64,000 nt of DNA from Cycas panzhihuaensis (lineage: Eukaryota > Plantae > Cycadophyta), in contig CM041465.1 in the NCBI GenBank assembly GCA_023213395.1, positions 69,323,741 to 69,387,740 of the forward strand, given 5' to 3'. The notes under the pieces are model-generated. The model saw only the letters and a program-made list of their open reading frames with translations, was not told the DNA's origin and searched no databases. How positions within the stretch are numbered: the first letter of the stretch is position 1; the number at the start of each line of letters is the position of its first letter. The translations under genes and the position numbers were made by a program. This document shows positions 1-12,532 of the stretch, in pieces.

Positions 1-139
1 GTCAACATACAAAGTACTATAATTTTAAGCTATCAAAATGTTAAAAGTGATAAATGTACTCTCAATACTTCACATTAAAGGTGAAGGAGAGGCAAAATGA
101 CTCCATGCAAGTGGAATGGAGTGAATAGATCCCCTTCTA

Positions 140-520
140 GCTCTGATATCACATGAAGGAAAGCTGGATCTAGGGAATAAATCACTCACATGCACATAAT
201 GGTAATGGAAAATGAAAAAGAGATGAAACAAGATATGAGAGAAAGCTTGGAGGTGAGAATGAATAATTACTCCCTCCTTGAGATTTCACCTTTATTATTG
301 AGGGTGAGCATTAGGGTTAGGATTTTTTCGCCTAATGACATGAACCTAAAATTATATCTAAATGCACATAAAGTGCATTTCATTAACAGACTAATGCTAA
401 TAATATATCCTAAGGTCACATCGTTAATCTACACAAATGACCTTGACACATTAACCTCTTTCAGCCTTAATAGCCTTATATATGTATGTAATATATGAGT
501 GGGATCACCATTGAGTATTT
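140..520 (-). mobile_element. 5' LTR plus tRNA-iMet PBS of an LTR retrotransposon running off the left edge
   Basis: GCTCTGATATCA at 140-151 is the reverse complement of a one-mismatch TGGTATCAGAGC PBS, followed by TG at 154. The right boundary is approximate. Confidence 0.5.
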
Positions 521-1495
521 ATAATTGTATGTTAATGAATGTTCTTCAGAACTTCATCTCCTTCTTTATTTTTTGTTTATCATTTTCTGTTCTTATTTCT
601 CTATATTGATTGGTTACAGGATTAGGCCTGTAATAATAAGAATCTTAGGAGTTTATTAACTACCATCCTAACCTTTACAGGTAAATCTATTTTCTTGACA
701 TGATATGACATATTACAAACTTGTAACTATAAAAATTTATCAACATAATCAAAAGGTTAAATTACATAGTATTTAAACAATAGTTATGAAATAGAAAATC
801 ACTGGCTTTTAGATTTGATACATCTTAGTTTCTATACTTGCCTAGGGGCAAATGACTTTGTGTAATTTTCTTAGGCTTTATTGATTTAATTATTTTCTAC
901 TTTTTTTAACCTAATTCTTCCCCAAGATTTTTATATTAATGAAATGCAAGGTGCATATTATAGCCTATTAGAGTCCTAATCTTATCTAGAATAGTCTTTC
1001 ATATTACAAGTCGCTAGGATCAAAGTCTTATATTAACCAACTCTAAAAATAACTTTCTCTTAACCAATAACCCATTATGCCAATTTCAAAGCTAGTCCCC
1101 TTATTACCTTATATGGGGTCCTTTTTATCTTATCATCTAATCAACTCTCTAATAATATATTAGAAATCAAATGCCCTTTATTAAACATCCTAGAATAACT
1201 CATTTTTACCATTATTAGTGCCATCTAAAGATACCATATAATGACTTCTTAAGCTTGGTATTATGATTTTACATTATAATTAATAATATTATGTAGTAGC
1301 TTTAAACATTTATTCATAGCATACACTACTCACTAGTTACACCAACTTGTTTGAGTTAACATGAGGCCATAATTCATTCAGGACAACTTGTATTTTTTCA
1401 CTTATGAGAATAGGACAAGCTTGCATTCATTTGAGCTCTTTGTGTTTTTTTTTTTTTAACATTTGAGATATTAAGTTGGGATTTATCTAATCCAT

Positions 1496-1497
<2 letters not shown>

Positions 1498-1566
<69 letters not shown>
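1498..1566. repeat. Compound microsatellite (TC)n(TA)n
   Basis: Directly visible; abuts the LTR starting at 1563. Confidence 0.97.
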
Positions 1567-1567
<1 letters not shown>

Positions 1568-4500
1568 CAAGCTTGGCCTTGTTATCTCTCTAACATACAA
1601 AAATAGAGTAAGATAATAAAAAATAGATAGAGGTGGATGATGAATATGAAAAGCACCAAAAGAGAACCAAAGGACACTAAAGTAAATCCTAATAAGATTA
1701 TATTTATCAACATAAGACTTTAATAAGTAGGGTGCCATATATATAGAAGGATCACCCCATTATTATATTTTTTTGCCACTAAGTTAACCAATCATATGTT
1801 TTTTCTATTATTAAATACTCTTAACCTTAATGTACTTAACCTCCTAACATATTAATCCTCTAACATGTGTTGGAGGCTCATCACATGTGCTCCCTCTTTA
1901 GATGCTTTACCCTCAAACCATCTTAATATAAAAATGCATGTATCCACTACTTATTACTGTTAAAATATCATATGTAGATACATGATCATTATGTCATGAT
2001 ATAGAAATTATTATTATACTTGTTGATATGTGCACATCTCCCATTAGGTGGGAATATTTTCTAAAGAACTATGGACCTTTTAGATGGATATCATCATAAA
2101 AAAAAAAAGGCCCCATGGTGTAGTAAATCATGGATCCATAAAAATTAGGACTTAAATGCTCCTACAACCTGTATGTTGATGGCACACCACCATGTGGGGG
2201 GAAAAGATCATCCTTATCATCTAAAAGTTTACCTTGTATAATAGGTAAACCTGCAACTTCTTCTAAGAGAACTCATTGAGGCTTGATCATATTATCCTAT
2301 GGAGGAGTTATACATGAGGTGGGGTCTTTAATTTACTCATTATGGTCCATCCCATACTTGTCTAAAATTATCTCAATACTTGAGAGTTAATTAGGTTCAA
2401 ATTTCATGGCTTGTTCTTCTAAACGTTCATCCTACAACACATTATTTTCTCCCAACTAGGTGGATTTCTGGTTGACCACTTTGTCATGTGGTAAAGACGA
2501 AGATGAAGGGGCTTAAACTCGCCTTACCATAATGTCAATGAGAATCCTTTATATGTTTTCAAATATATCTTGAAATGCTTTTCTTCTTCTTTATGCTTAG
2601 TCGGTTCTTTTATAAGGCATTATGGAGAAAGTCCCTAAATCCTTAGATGGCATGCAGGACTGAAGACATTCTAAGTTATATAGATATTATTTTCTAACTC
2701 TTGGGAATGACATAGACATTATGATATACATGTAAGTATCAGTATGGTTCGTTACTCGTTCATTTCATTGATTCGATATATCATGTTTTCAGATAGTTGA
2801 AATGTGATTTGCTTACTCGCTTGGTTACTTTTCCATGCCCCTATAGTCAATGATGAGTATGGCTTCAATTGATGGATGTTAGTCCATCCATCGAGATTTT
2901 TGAGTAGGAACAAAGGTCATTTTCTCCTTTTGCAATATTCATTTTCTCTTATTTAGATCTATTAAATCTACGTTTTTATCCTATGCCACCTATTTTTTAT
3001 TACATATACATCTAAACTCCCTCATTGATTAGTTTTAGGCTAGATCTCATACATTTTTCATTGAAAAAACTTCATCTACTTCTAAAACACTAGCAATTTT
3101 GCTAGCAATAACAATACCATGAACATATTTATAATACGATTGTCACTTACCTAGATTTAGATCTATTGGTGACAGTCAACTTATTAATGTGAATTTGTTA
3201 GCCCTAGTTAGATTGCATCAGCCATAGGTTGACTCCTATCAAATTTGGATGACCCAAGAGGCTAAATCTCACCCAAATCTTCTCTTTTCCATGTGAATTT
3301 ATATCAAACCTTGAACAAAACTCATAGATTTGGTTTAATAGTTTTCCTCCATATTATAGACTAAAAACCACCCATCCTACACCTTGGATTCATCTACATA
3401 ATCCCCTCATTTTTTTCATTAGAGAGTGGGAGACCAAGATAGATAAATACCATATTATTATACTGTCAAAATTTCTCTAAAATTTGGTAATCTTGCGCTA
3501 CATCCTATGACATCTTTGATGGCATCTTAGAAGCACTACACCAACTCATCTTTGAAGACCCTTAGAGAGGAATACTTGTAGTCATTGGCCATTTCCATCC
3601 ACTTGGGATAGGTAATCCTTTCTCATTGTATTGGTATTTTGTTTCTTGGTTATCTTTCCTTCCATTTTTTTCATGCCATTCTTCATGTAAATTAGTAAGA
3701 TTTGTGTTTCCTTTTAGCATTACGCATCTTTTGTACAATAATTTGCTTTCCTTACTCCTTTTTGCTACTTCATATACTATTAGTTCTATAGTTAAAAAGG
3801 GGAAGGTGGCACCTAATTATTCTTAGGGGCCCCACTAATATTTGGGGGATAAGAGCCATTCTGAATCTCCTTTTCTCTCTCTTACTTATTGCTTTAAGAA
3901 TTAGTTCATTTGTTTTCAAATTAGCTTTGCATTGTTAAGATATTATACCCATCTAGTGTCCTTTAGTAGAACAATCTTCCTTGCAGGTTACTAACCTTGT
4001 TGTAGGAGGGAGAAGGAGGCTAAGAGTCACCTCTACTATTGACTAAACCACTTGGAACATTTCACCATAAATCATTTTAGTGGTGACTTACTATGAGATA
4101 AGGTTGAAACATCATATTTGTCCTTATGTCTTTATTTTGGAGTCTTTCACTTTCACATTTTCCCATCATAAGCATATCCAATAAGCAGAAATGTTGTCGA
4201 ATTTACTTTAGATTAGTATAGTGATCTCTTTTTATTGCCATTTGCTTCTTGGGATTCTCATAGAAAGTTGAAGGAAAGCTCCACACAACCAACAATGACT
4301 AATTTACCAGGTATGCCCTCTTTCATTTAGTTTGCTACTTTAGTTTTATTTAAATTAAACAAAAAGAAAAGAAAAGAAAGAAGTTTCTTTGTTTCATTCT
4401 CTAAAAAGAAAAGAAAGAAAAAAAAAAAAAAGGAAAAAACTTAGAGGATAGTTTTCTTATACCTATTTTCGCCTTCTTTCCCTTATAATTTTCATTCTCA

Positions 4501-5998
4501 AAACAAAAAAGAAAAAGAGAGAAGAAAAGAAACAATAAATAAAATTAAAAAAAATGAAAAAAAAGGATTTGTATTTTCCTTTGCTTCCCCCTTTCCCAAA
4601 AGAAAGAAGAAAAGAAAAGGAAACATCTGCATCTTTCTTTCCTTAACCATATCAAATTTCATTACATTATTTTAGGAGTAGGAATCTAAATATTTGTGCG
4701 CAAACAAAATAGATACCATACATATCATGAAACCAACAACATGTACAAGTACGAAGTTGACCTTATAAATATTCAATACTTTGGCAAATTTTGTCATCCT
4801 CTAGCAAGTTGACCTATTCAAAGTATGACAATAAGGAGGTAAGCCAGTCATGAAAAGTCTGACTCATCTACAAGACTGAAGTACATGAGTATGGTCATGA
4901 TTATTTTTATGATATTTTATTTTAAGCGGACTAAAAGTAGGTAATGGATTCAACTAAGCATTGAATTTAGGATTTTGGTTAAAGGTTTGGATAAGAATAA
5001 TTTAAGTTGTGGTGCTTTTCAGATTGTTATTGTATTGTTGCTTGTTAAGATTCAGATTATGGTGCATGTATGTTGTTATATTTAGGTAATATTGCTATTG
5101 TGAGTTTAACCCATGTGTAGTCAAATGTATTGCAGCTTCAAGGGTTTATCTTTTGGAAATATAATAGTCTCAATGATTTTTTATTTAATTATTTTAGAAG
5201 TGTAATAGTTTTAATGATTTTAATTTTTATAATGAATACTTTTATAATAGAAGTTGTAGAGATGAATAGAGGTACCCTACCAGACACTGACAAAGGATTT
5301 TTTGGCTCTATAGGCCCTTTGATAAACTTCCTTGCCAATACTATGGCTTGGCCCAATATCTCATGGCACTATATGCAAAGGAATGTGTGTCTTTGTAAAG
5401 TCAATAATCGTGCAGGGGTATTTGTGAAGGGTAACTTCTAGGTGCTAACTACTAACCTATACACCATAGAGGGATAAACAACTGATAGTCTTTTTAATTT
5501 AGGTTCATAGGAGGAACTTATAGGGTCCTCTGATATACCCGAAGTTATGTGGAGGCTCACTTTGATAGTTAGGTTTTATCTAAAGCTTACATAAGCATCG
5601 TTATACTATTTCAATTCATACATGGGTGTATGGTCATGTACACTTAGTTCAGTAACAACAAATCTTCATGATATTTAAAGAGCCCTAACACAAGTTCTCT
5701 ATCTACCTACTAAGGAAAAAAGGAAGGCTTGGGTGGGACTCTATTGTCCACTTGTAGCTTGACTAACATAAGATAAATTTGAGCAAAACTTTGAAATAAA
5801 TAGAAACTATAAGGAAGGGTTTGATGTGATATACCAAAGAAAAAAAATATTTCCCTTCTTCCTTGGCTTCCTTCGATTTGCTTGCTACTTCCATTAGATT
5901 CTAAACCTAGCTCTAATACCATTTGTAATAAGCTAGTCTTGTTACCTCTCTAACATACAAAAATCTAGCAACATAACTAAAAATAGATGGAGATGGAT

Positions 5999-8900
5999 TG
6001 TTACATAACCACTAGTGGTTGGTGGAACTCTTATGAATGTACTCCTTATTAGTAAGAAGTAGATGTTAATGTTGACCATTAAAATATGTGTGCAAGCTAC
6101 TTGGGGCCATCAATAGAAGCAAAGGCTAAATGCCTTTCCAATGATATTCATTTGTTAAACAACTAATTTGCCTATTTAAGGCCTTATGGATGTAAAAGAA
6201 GATTAGTTTGAAATGTGAAATTGTTGTTGCTCTTTGGTGCAATCTTTTGGTGTTCATTTTAACATTTGTTTATGATCTTTTTCTGTGTTCTATTTCTTAT
6301 TTTCTAATCAGATGTGAAGAAATATTAGGAGGTACCATATCAAGTGGGATCAAAGCTTAGTTATGTGACTAAGGGGAGTTGTGCAATAGGCAAAAATTAG
6401 GAAATTTTTTTCTCTAACTAGATCAAGTACTCTCTCTATATAAGGAGAGACTGAGGAAAGATCTTCTCTCAATACTCTTTCTATTAAGGAATATAACTAG
6501 AGGTATTCAGGAGTCATAAAGAATTTTTTTTTTTTTTCCCTTTAGTAATGCTCAGTACCTTTCCTTTGAATTTAATTTAGTTTAGTTTATTTTTATTTCA
6601 ATACAATACTTGGGTCATCAGTCCAAGGGTATATAACTCCACTTGGTAGCTACCCTTTCCCTTTCTACTCCTCATTCCTGGGTAGATAACTATGCATGGT
6701 AGCTACCCAAAGTAGTTAAGTAGTGACCCTATATTAGGGGTTTATAAAAATCATAAGGATCTATCATTTTAGATAAGTGTATTGTGGCTTTTCTATTCTC
6801 TGCATGAAGCACTAGAGATAACACTCCTAAACTAAGCCTAGATAGAACCTAGCTATAAAATTGAGCCTCCATGTACCTTCAGGTATATAGAAGGACCTCT
6901 CTAAGTCCCAAATCCTTCCTAATGTAGGCAAACTATTAATCATTAAAGTCTTGTAGTATAGTGGTTAGCAGTTAGCACCATGAAGCTACCTATCTTGGAC
7001 TTCTACATAAGAAGTTTATTGACAGCCTATAAAACCAAGCATACCTTATCTAGTGATTGGTAGGATTCTTACTCAAGATCTAAAGACACAAGACAATAAA
7101 TCTTTAATTGATAACTTCACATGTACTAAACATAACCATATAAGCAACTGCTTATCAACAACACTTCTAGACTATAAAGAAAAAAATAAAGAAGTCATCT
7201 CCTAGTCTCTAGGGAATTCTAATTTTCAAAATACTTCTTGGATTTAAAAATAACTAGCATAATTAGACTTGAATTTTCTTTCTTTCTTTTTTTTTTTTAA
7301 AGGAATCTATGGCCCAAAAACACTCTCAATGACTTATACATCTTATTTTTGATTAGCGTGTCATATTGATCATTTTCTACTAGCGTAATTTTAACTTAAA
7401 ATTCTAGGGTACAATGGCATATAGGCACCCCATGGATCCCACAGCCTAAAATTTTCACTTAAAAACCAATGACCGCGTCTTGATAAGCTTCTCGTGCTTA
7501 TTTTAGTGCACTAGGTGAATTTATTATACTTTCAAGGTTAATAAGCTATAGACACCCCAACTCCCCCCCCCCAACTCGGCACTTCTTTCTCATTCCCTCA
7601 CTTAATTCCCAACCTTTTTAAATCCCTTTCTTTCTATTTATCCCTACTTCATTACGTTATTATTTCTTCCTAATATTGATTCATATAATCCTCTTCTCCT
7701 ATCTCATCCCACTTGAATAATCCCATTCTCTCGTGATAGCTCGTGACAACAGTCATCAATGGCACCTAACTAAGGAGACAGAATCTAGACATTTAAAAAT
7801 AATCTCATATATATCAAGGAAGAATTCACCACCATACAAGAAGAGGTTACAAATACCAATGACCATAATAAAAAGGAATTTGCAACCATCAAAAGTAATT
7901 TTATGAGCTTCAAAATTGACCTTATAAACTTTTCAAAGCTACTCCAGTAAATAATCAACCAAATATAGCAGGGCCAACCAACCAGCAGTAGGCATCACCA
8001 CCTCCTCAATTCTAAAGTCATCAACGTCAGCAACCCTTCCATCACAAGATCAACATTCCCATCTTTGATCTAGATCCAAATAAGGACAATCTGAGGAGTT
8101 GAATAACTCCATCCCATGTTGATCGACAAAGAGTTCACCTTTGCGTCTATCCATCTAGATAGAAAGGCCCATTATTGGTTTCAATAGTGGCAAAAGGAGT
8201 ACCCTATGAACTGGTTCTAGGATTAATTTTATAAAAGCTTCTTTGAATAATATGAGGACATATAAAACCAAACATTCTTTAGTCAACTCACTCAACTTAT
8301 AAATGAGTTCTAAGCTATCTGAAATAGGCTCAATATGTAGCTAGATTAAACAACCTTGGTCAAAATCTATGTACCTAGACTTAAAGAATGCATTCAGATA
8401 TGTCTAAAAACATCCTTACCGAATAATTTGAGATGGGCCACAACCATGGCCAATGTAGTCGAAGAAGAATTTGCAGCAAAATATACATTCATCTCTTAAT
8501 GAGATACACCATGGCACTATTGCTCTTGATCAATAGATGCACAATGGCCACGACCTCGATGGGAGGATCACCGAGAGGATTGTCCTACAATAGAACGCCC
8601 CATAGTATAATGACCAATAGTAAAATAAGCCACAAGATCTAAGTAAATAAACCTTGTCGAAGCCAATAAATACCAAGAAGTTGGCCTTTGCTTCTAATGT
8701 GAAAAAAAATGGACTATTAGACATGGTAAGGTCTGTAAAGCAAAACGTATAGTCTTTACCATTGATCCTATAACATTAGTTGGTGAAGATATCAATACAA
8801 ATAATAAAACCAAGGAAGACCCAACTACAGAATCCCGTATTGACTCCAAGCTAGAATCTAAACTTTTGCTTTCTACGCTCTCCTCTATCATCTCCTCTAC

Positions 8901-11900
8901 CTCATATCTTGAACCCTTCTTAGTTAAAGGCACCTTAAAGACGACTCCTATCACCATCCTAATCAATGGTAATGCATCACTTAACTTTATTAACATCTCC
9001 TTGGCTAGACAACTTAACTTATATATAGTGCCAAAAATTAGTTTCACCTGCTCCTTACCAAGATACCACAAACTCCACTATGGAGGTCTCATTAAATACC
9101 TCTATATCCAAATTGGTACATACCAATTGGATTTCAATATTTATGCCCTTTCTATAGGAGGATCGAATGCCATCTTATGAGTTTAATAGCTCCAAACCCT
9201 TGGCACTTACAACACTAATAATTCTCCTACTAACTTATTTATTCTATTCAAACACCACTTTGGATAAATACACAAACTATATGGGCTTCAATTGCCTCCC
9301 AATAAACTCTTATCCCTTAAGCAAATAAGCAAATAACTAAATAGTAGTATCAGATACATAGTTTATCTCAATAATATTTAGCCTCAAGTAGGCATTTACG
9401 TTGATACCCAAACCATCCTCAGTAAGTATCAATCTATTTTTTACCCACTTCCCAATAACCCCCCCTTAAACGAGGCTTACATCACACCATTGAACTTCAA
9501 AACCCTTATAACCCCATTAGATTACAATGGAACTCATGGACATAGGAATAATACAAACTAGTAAAAACCCTTATGTAACACCCATTATGTTTGTTAGGAA
9601 AAAAGACAGTTTATTTCGACTCTGCATTGATTACTGGGAGCTTAACAAATTGACTATTAAAAATAAATTCTCCACTCCTCGAATTGATGATACGTTGGAT
9701 GAAATTCATGGAGCACCCATTTTTTCTAAATTGGACCTATAATCAAGGTATTATCAAATCCTTAATTCCTTAGAAGACCATCATAAAATCACCTTCTAAA
9801 CACACCATGGGCATTTTGAATTTTAAGTTATGACATTTGGGTTGTGCAATACCCCAGCCATATTTCAAGGTCTAATGAACAAGATCTTTAGTCACTACTT
9901 TCGCAAGTTCATCATTATCTTCTTTAACAATATCCTCATCTATAGTTCCCACATATTTGATCATTTACAACATTTAAAAATTGCCCTTCAGCTTCTCTCC
10001 TAATACAAACTCTGCCAAAATGAGTAAGTATGAGTTTGGAAAGATTGAACTCCTATATTTGGGCTACATCATCTCGGTTGAAGGAGTTTGGGTAGACCCT
10101 AATAAAATTTCAGTCATCATCATGTAGCCCACCTCAAAGAACCTCACTTAATTATGAGCCTTCCTTGGACTCACATGCTTTTATCACTACTACATAAAGA
10201 AATATGCTTTCATTATTGCCCCTCTAACCACTTTACTTTGCAAGGACTCCTTTTAGTGGTCCTTTAATAATAAGGATGCATTTAACCATCTAAAATTGCT
10301 TATGCCTACCACTATAGTATTAACTACCCTAAAATTTTCACAACCATTCAAGCTCGAATATGACACCTTAGGAGTAGGCTTAGGCACTATCATGATGCAA
10401 AATTTCCATCTAATTGCCTTTGAAAGTTGGAAACTTAAAGATCGCGAATGTCGAGTTTAACTTACCAAAAAGAGATGAAGCCCATCCTCTATGCAATTGA
10501 CAAATGGTATCAATATTTACTCAGATCCAAATTTACTATCTTAACTGATCACCATAGTCTTTATTACCTCTTCGATCAACTTGTCCTTTTTGAAGAACAA
10601 GCAAAGTAGGTTGATCACCTACAACTGTTTGACTTCACCATATCTTATAAAAAGGGCAAAGAAAACTCGTAGTTGATGCCCTCTCTTACCTAATTTCAGA
10701 ACCATCTGAGCTTATATTACGAACCATCTCTAGCCCCCAACTTACGTGGCTATAAGAATTAGTAGAAGATAATCAATCCTAGCTAGATTTTGCTAAGTGG
10801 TCCTAAAAAATTCAACATTAAAAGGATTGGATCTCATACAACACATGTCTTCTCTATAAAAATTGAATCTTTGTCCATCTATCATATCCCTTCATTCTTC
10901 GTATCTTAACCAAGTACCACACCATCCCTTTAGGAGGTCAGTCAAGTTTTGATAAAACCTATGGATGCACCTGATTTGACTTCTACTGGTCTCAAATGAA
11001 ATCATCCATACTGACCTTTAGAACAAAATGTGGTGCTTGCTAATGTAATAAAGTAGACACGAAGGCTTAGCCTAGGCTTCTCCAACCCCCTCAACCCCTT
11101 TAAATATCACAAGGCAAATGGTAATATATTGCCATGGATTTCATCATAAAGCTTCTATAATCTATTGGAAATGATTCCATTTAGGTAGTCATTGATCAAC
11201 TAACAAAGTATGTATAATTTCTACCAATCCACTCATCCTATTAAGCCCTTTGCCTAGCTGACTTATACATCCAATTCATGTTTCGCCTCCATAGATTTCC
11301 ATCCATCATAGTTTTATATTAGGACCCTAAATTCACATCTTCTTTTAGCAAGAACTCTTCCATGCAGTTGGCACCTCTTTTAATATGAGTTCTTCTTATC
11401 ATCCCCAGATAGATGATTAATCTGAGGTCCTTAATAGAACTTTGAGATATATCTCTACTGTTTTGGGTCCAAATACCAAAATTGATGGACCTCCTAATTA
11501 GCTCTAGTAGAATACTGGTATAACTCATCATACCACTTTGCAATTGGCATGCCCCCCTTCATGGCCTTATATAGTTATCCCCCACCTTTCCATCACACAT
11601 TGGCCACTAACCTACATACAGCCTCAGTACAATAGAAATTACAAGACATGGACAAAATCCTAAACACTCTTAAACAAAACCTGGCAATGGCATAGAATTG
11701 TATGAAGCAGCTTGTTGATTGCCATCACTCTAATCGATCCTTTTCTATTAGTGATATGGTCTTTGTTTGCCTCTAATCCTATAAGCAACAGTCACTCTGC
11801 CATAACAAAAACCATAAACTTAATCCTTGATACTATAGTCCCTATAAGATCAACCAACACGTTGGTGAAGTTGTTTATGCCCTTGACCTCCTTTCTGATA

Positions 11901-12532
11901 CCAAGATCCATAATATCTTCCATGTGTCATGCCTCAAAAAGCTCCTTGGAAATTCTATTATCCCACAGACCACTTTCTCAATCCTCATTGAAGAGCAACT
12001 CCTAATTATTCCCCAGACTGTATTTTGGATACCAAACACTGTCGTCTTTGGAATAAGACCATTTCAAAACATCTTGTGTAATGGACTGACAACAGACCTA
12101 AGGAAGTGACATGGGAACCAGAAGAATTCATCAAGTAGCAGCCACATCTCTTACGTTATAGGAACTCAGCGTCTTAGGGGAGGGGACATGTTACATAATT
12201 ATTAGTGGTTGGTGAAACTCTTATGAATTTACTCCTTGTTAGTAAGAAATAGATGTTAATATTGACCATTAAAATGTGTGCATAAGCCGCTTAGGCCCAC
12301 CAATAGAAGTGAAGGTTGAGTGCCTCTCTAATGAGATTCATTTGCTAAATGACCAATTTGCCTATTTAAGGCCTTATGGATGTAAAAGAAGATTAGTTAA
12401 GAATGTGAAATTGTTATCTCCCTTTGGTGTGATCTTTTGGTGTTCATTTTAGTATTCATTTGTGGTCTTTTTCTATGTTATATTTTCTATTTTTTGTTCA
12501 GGTGCGAGGAAATAATGGGAGGAACCATATCA
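5999..12532 (+). mobile_element. Element B: full-length degenerate Ty3/gypsy chromovirus
   Basis: Two 344-bp TG...CA LTRs (5999-6342, 12189-12532; roughly 85% identical). PBS TGGGATCAAAGC at 6345; PPT TTAGGGGAGGGGACA at 12174-12188; flanks TGGAT/TAGAT. Domain order gag-PR-RT-RH-INT-chromodomain. Confidence 0.95.
7759..12175 (+). pseudogene. Disrupted gag-pol of element B
   Basis: Protease-like ITILINGNASLNFI (ORF 8866). RT motif PIMFVRKKDSLFRLCIDYWELNKLTIKNKF...IFSKLDL (ORF 9527). RNase H and integrase remnants; chromodomain EVTWEPE at about 12103-12123. Many stops and frameshifts. Confidence 0.9.

Noticed and set aside
190-498. 102-aa ORF
   Set aside because: Lies in LTR-like sequence next to a PBS; no recognisable domain.
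1487-1738. 83-aa minus-strand ORF ending YIYIYI...ERERER
   Set aside because: Translation of the (TC)n(TA)n microsatellite and an LTR.
5130-5441. 103-aa ORF
   Set aside because: Non-ATG start, antisense to element A's leader, no motif.
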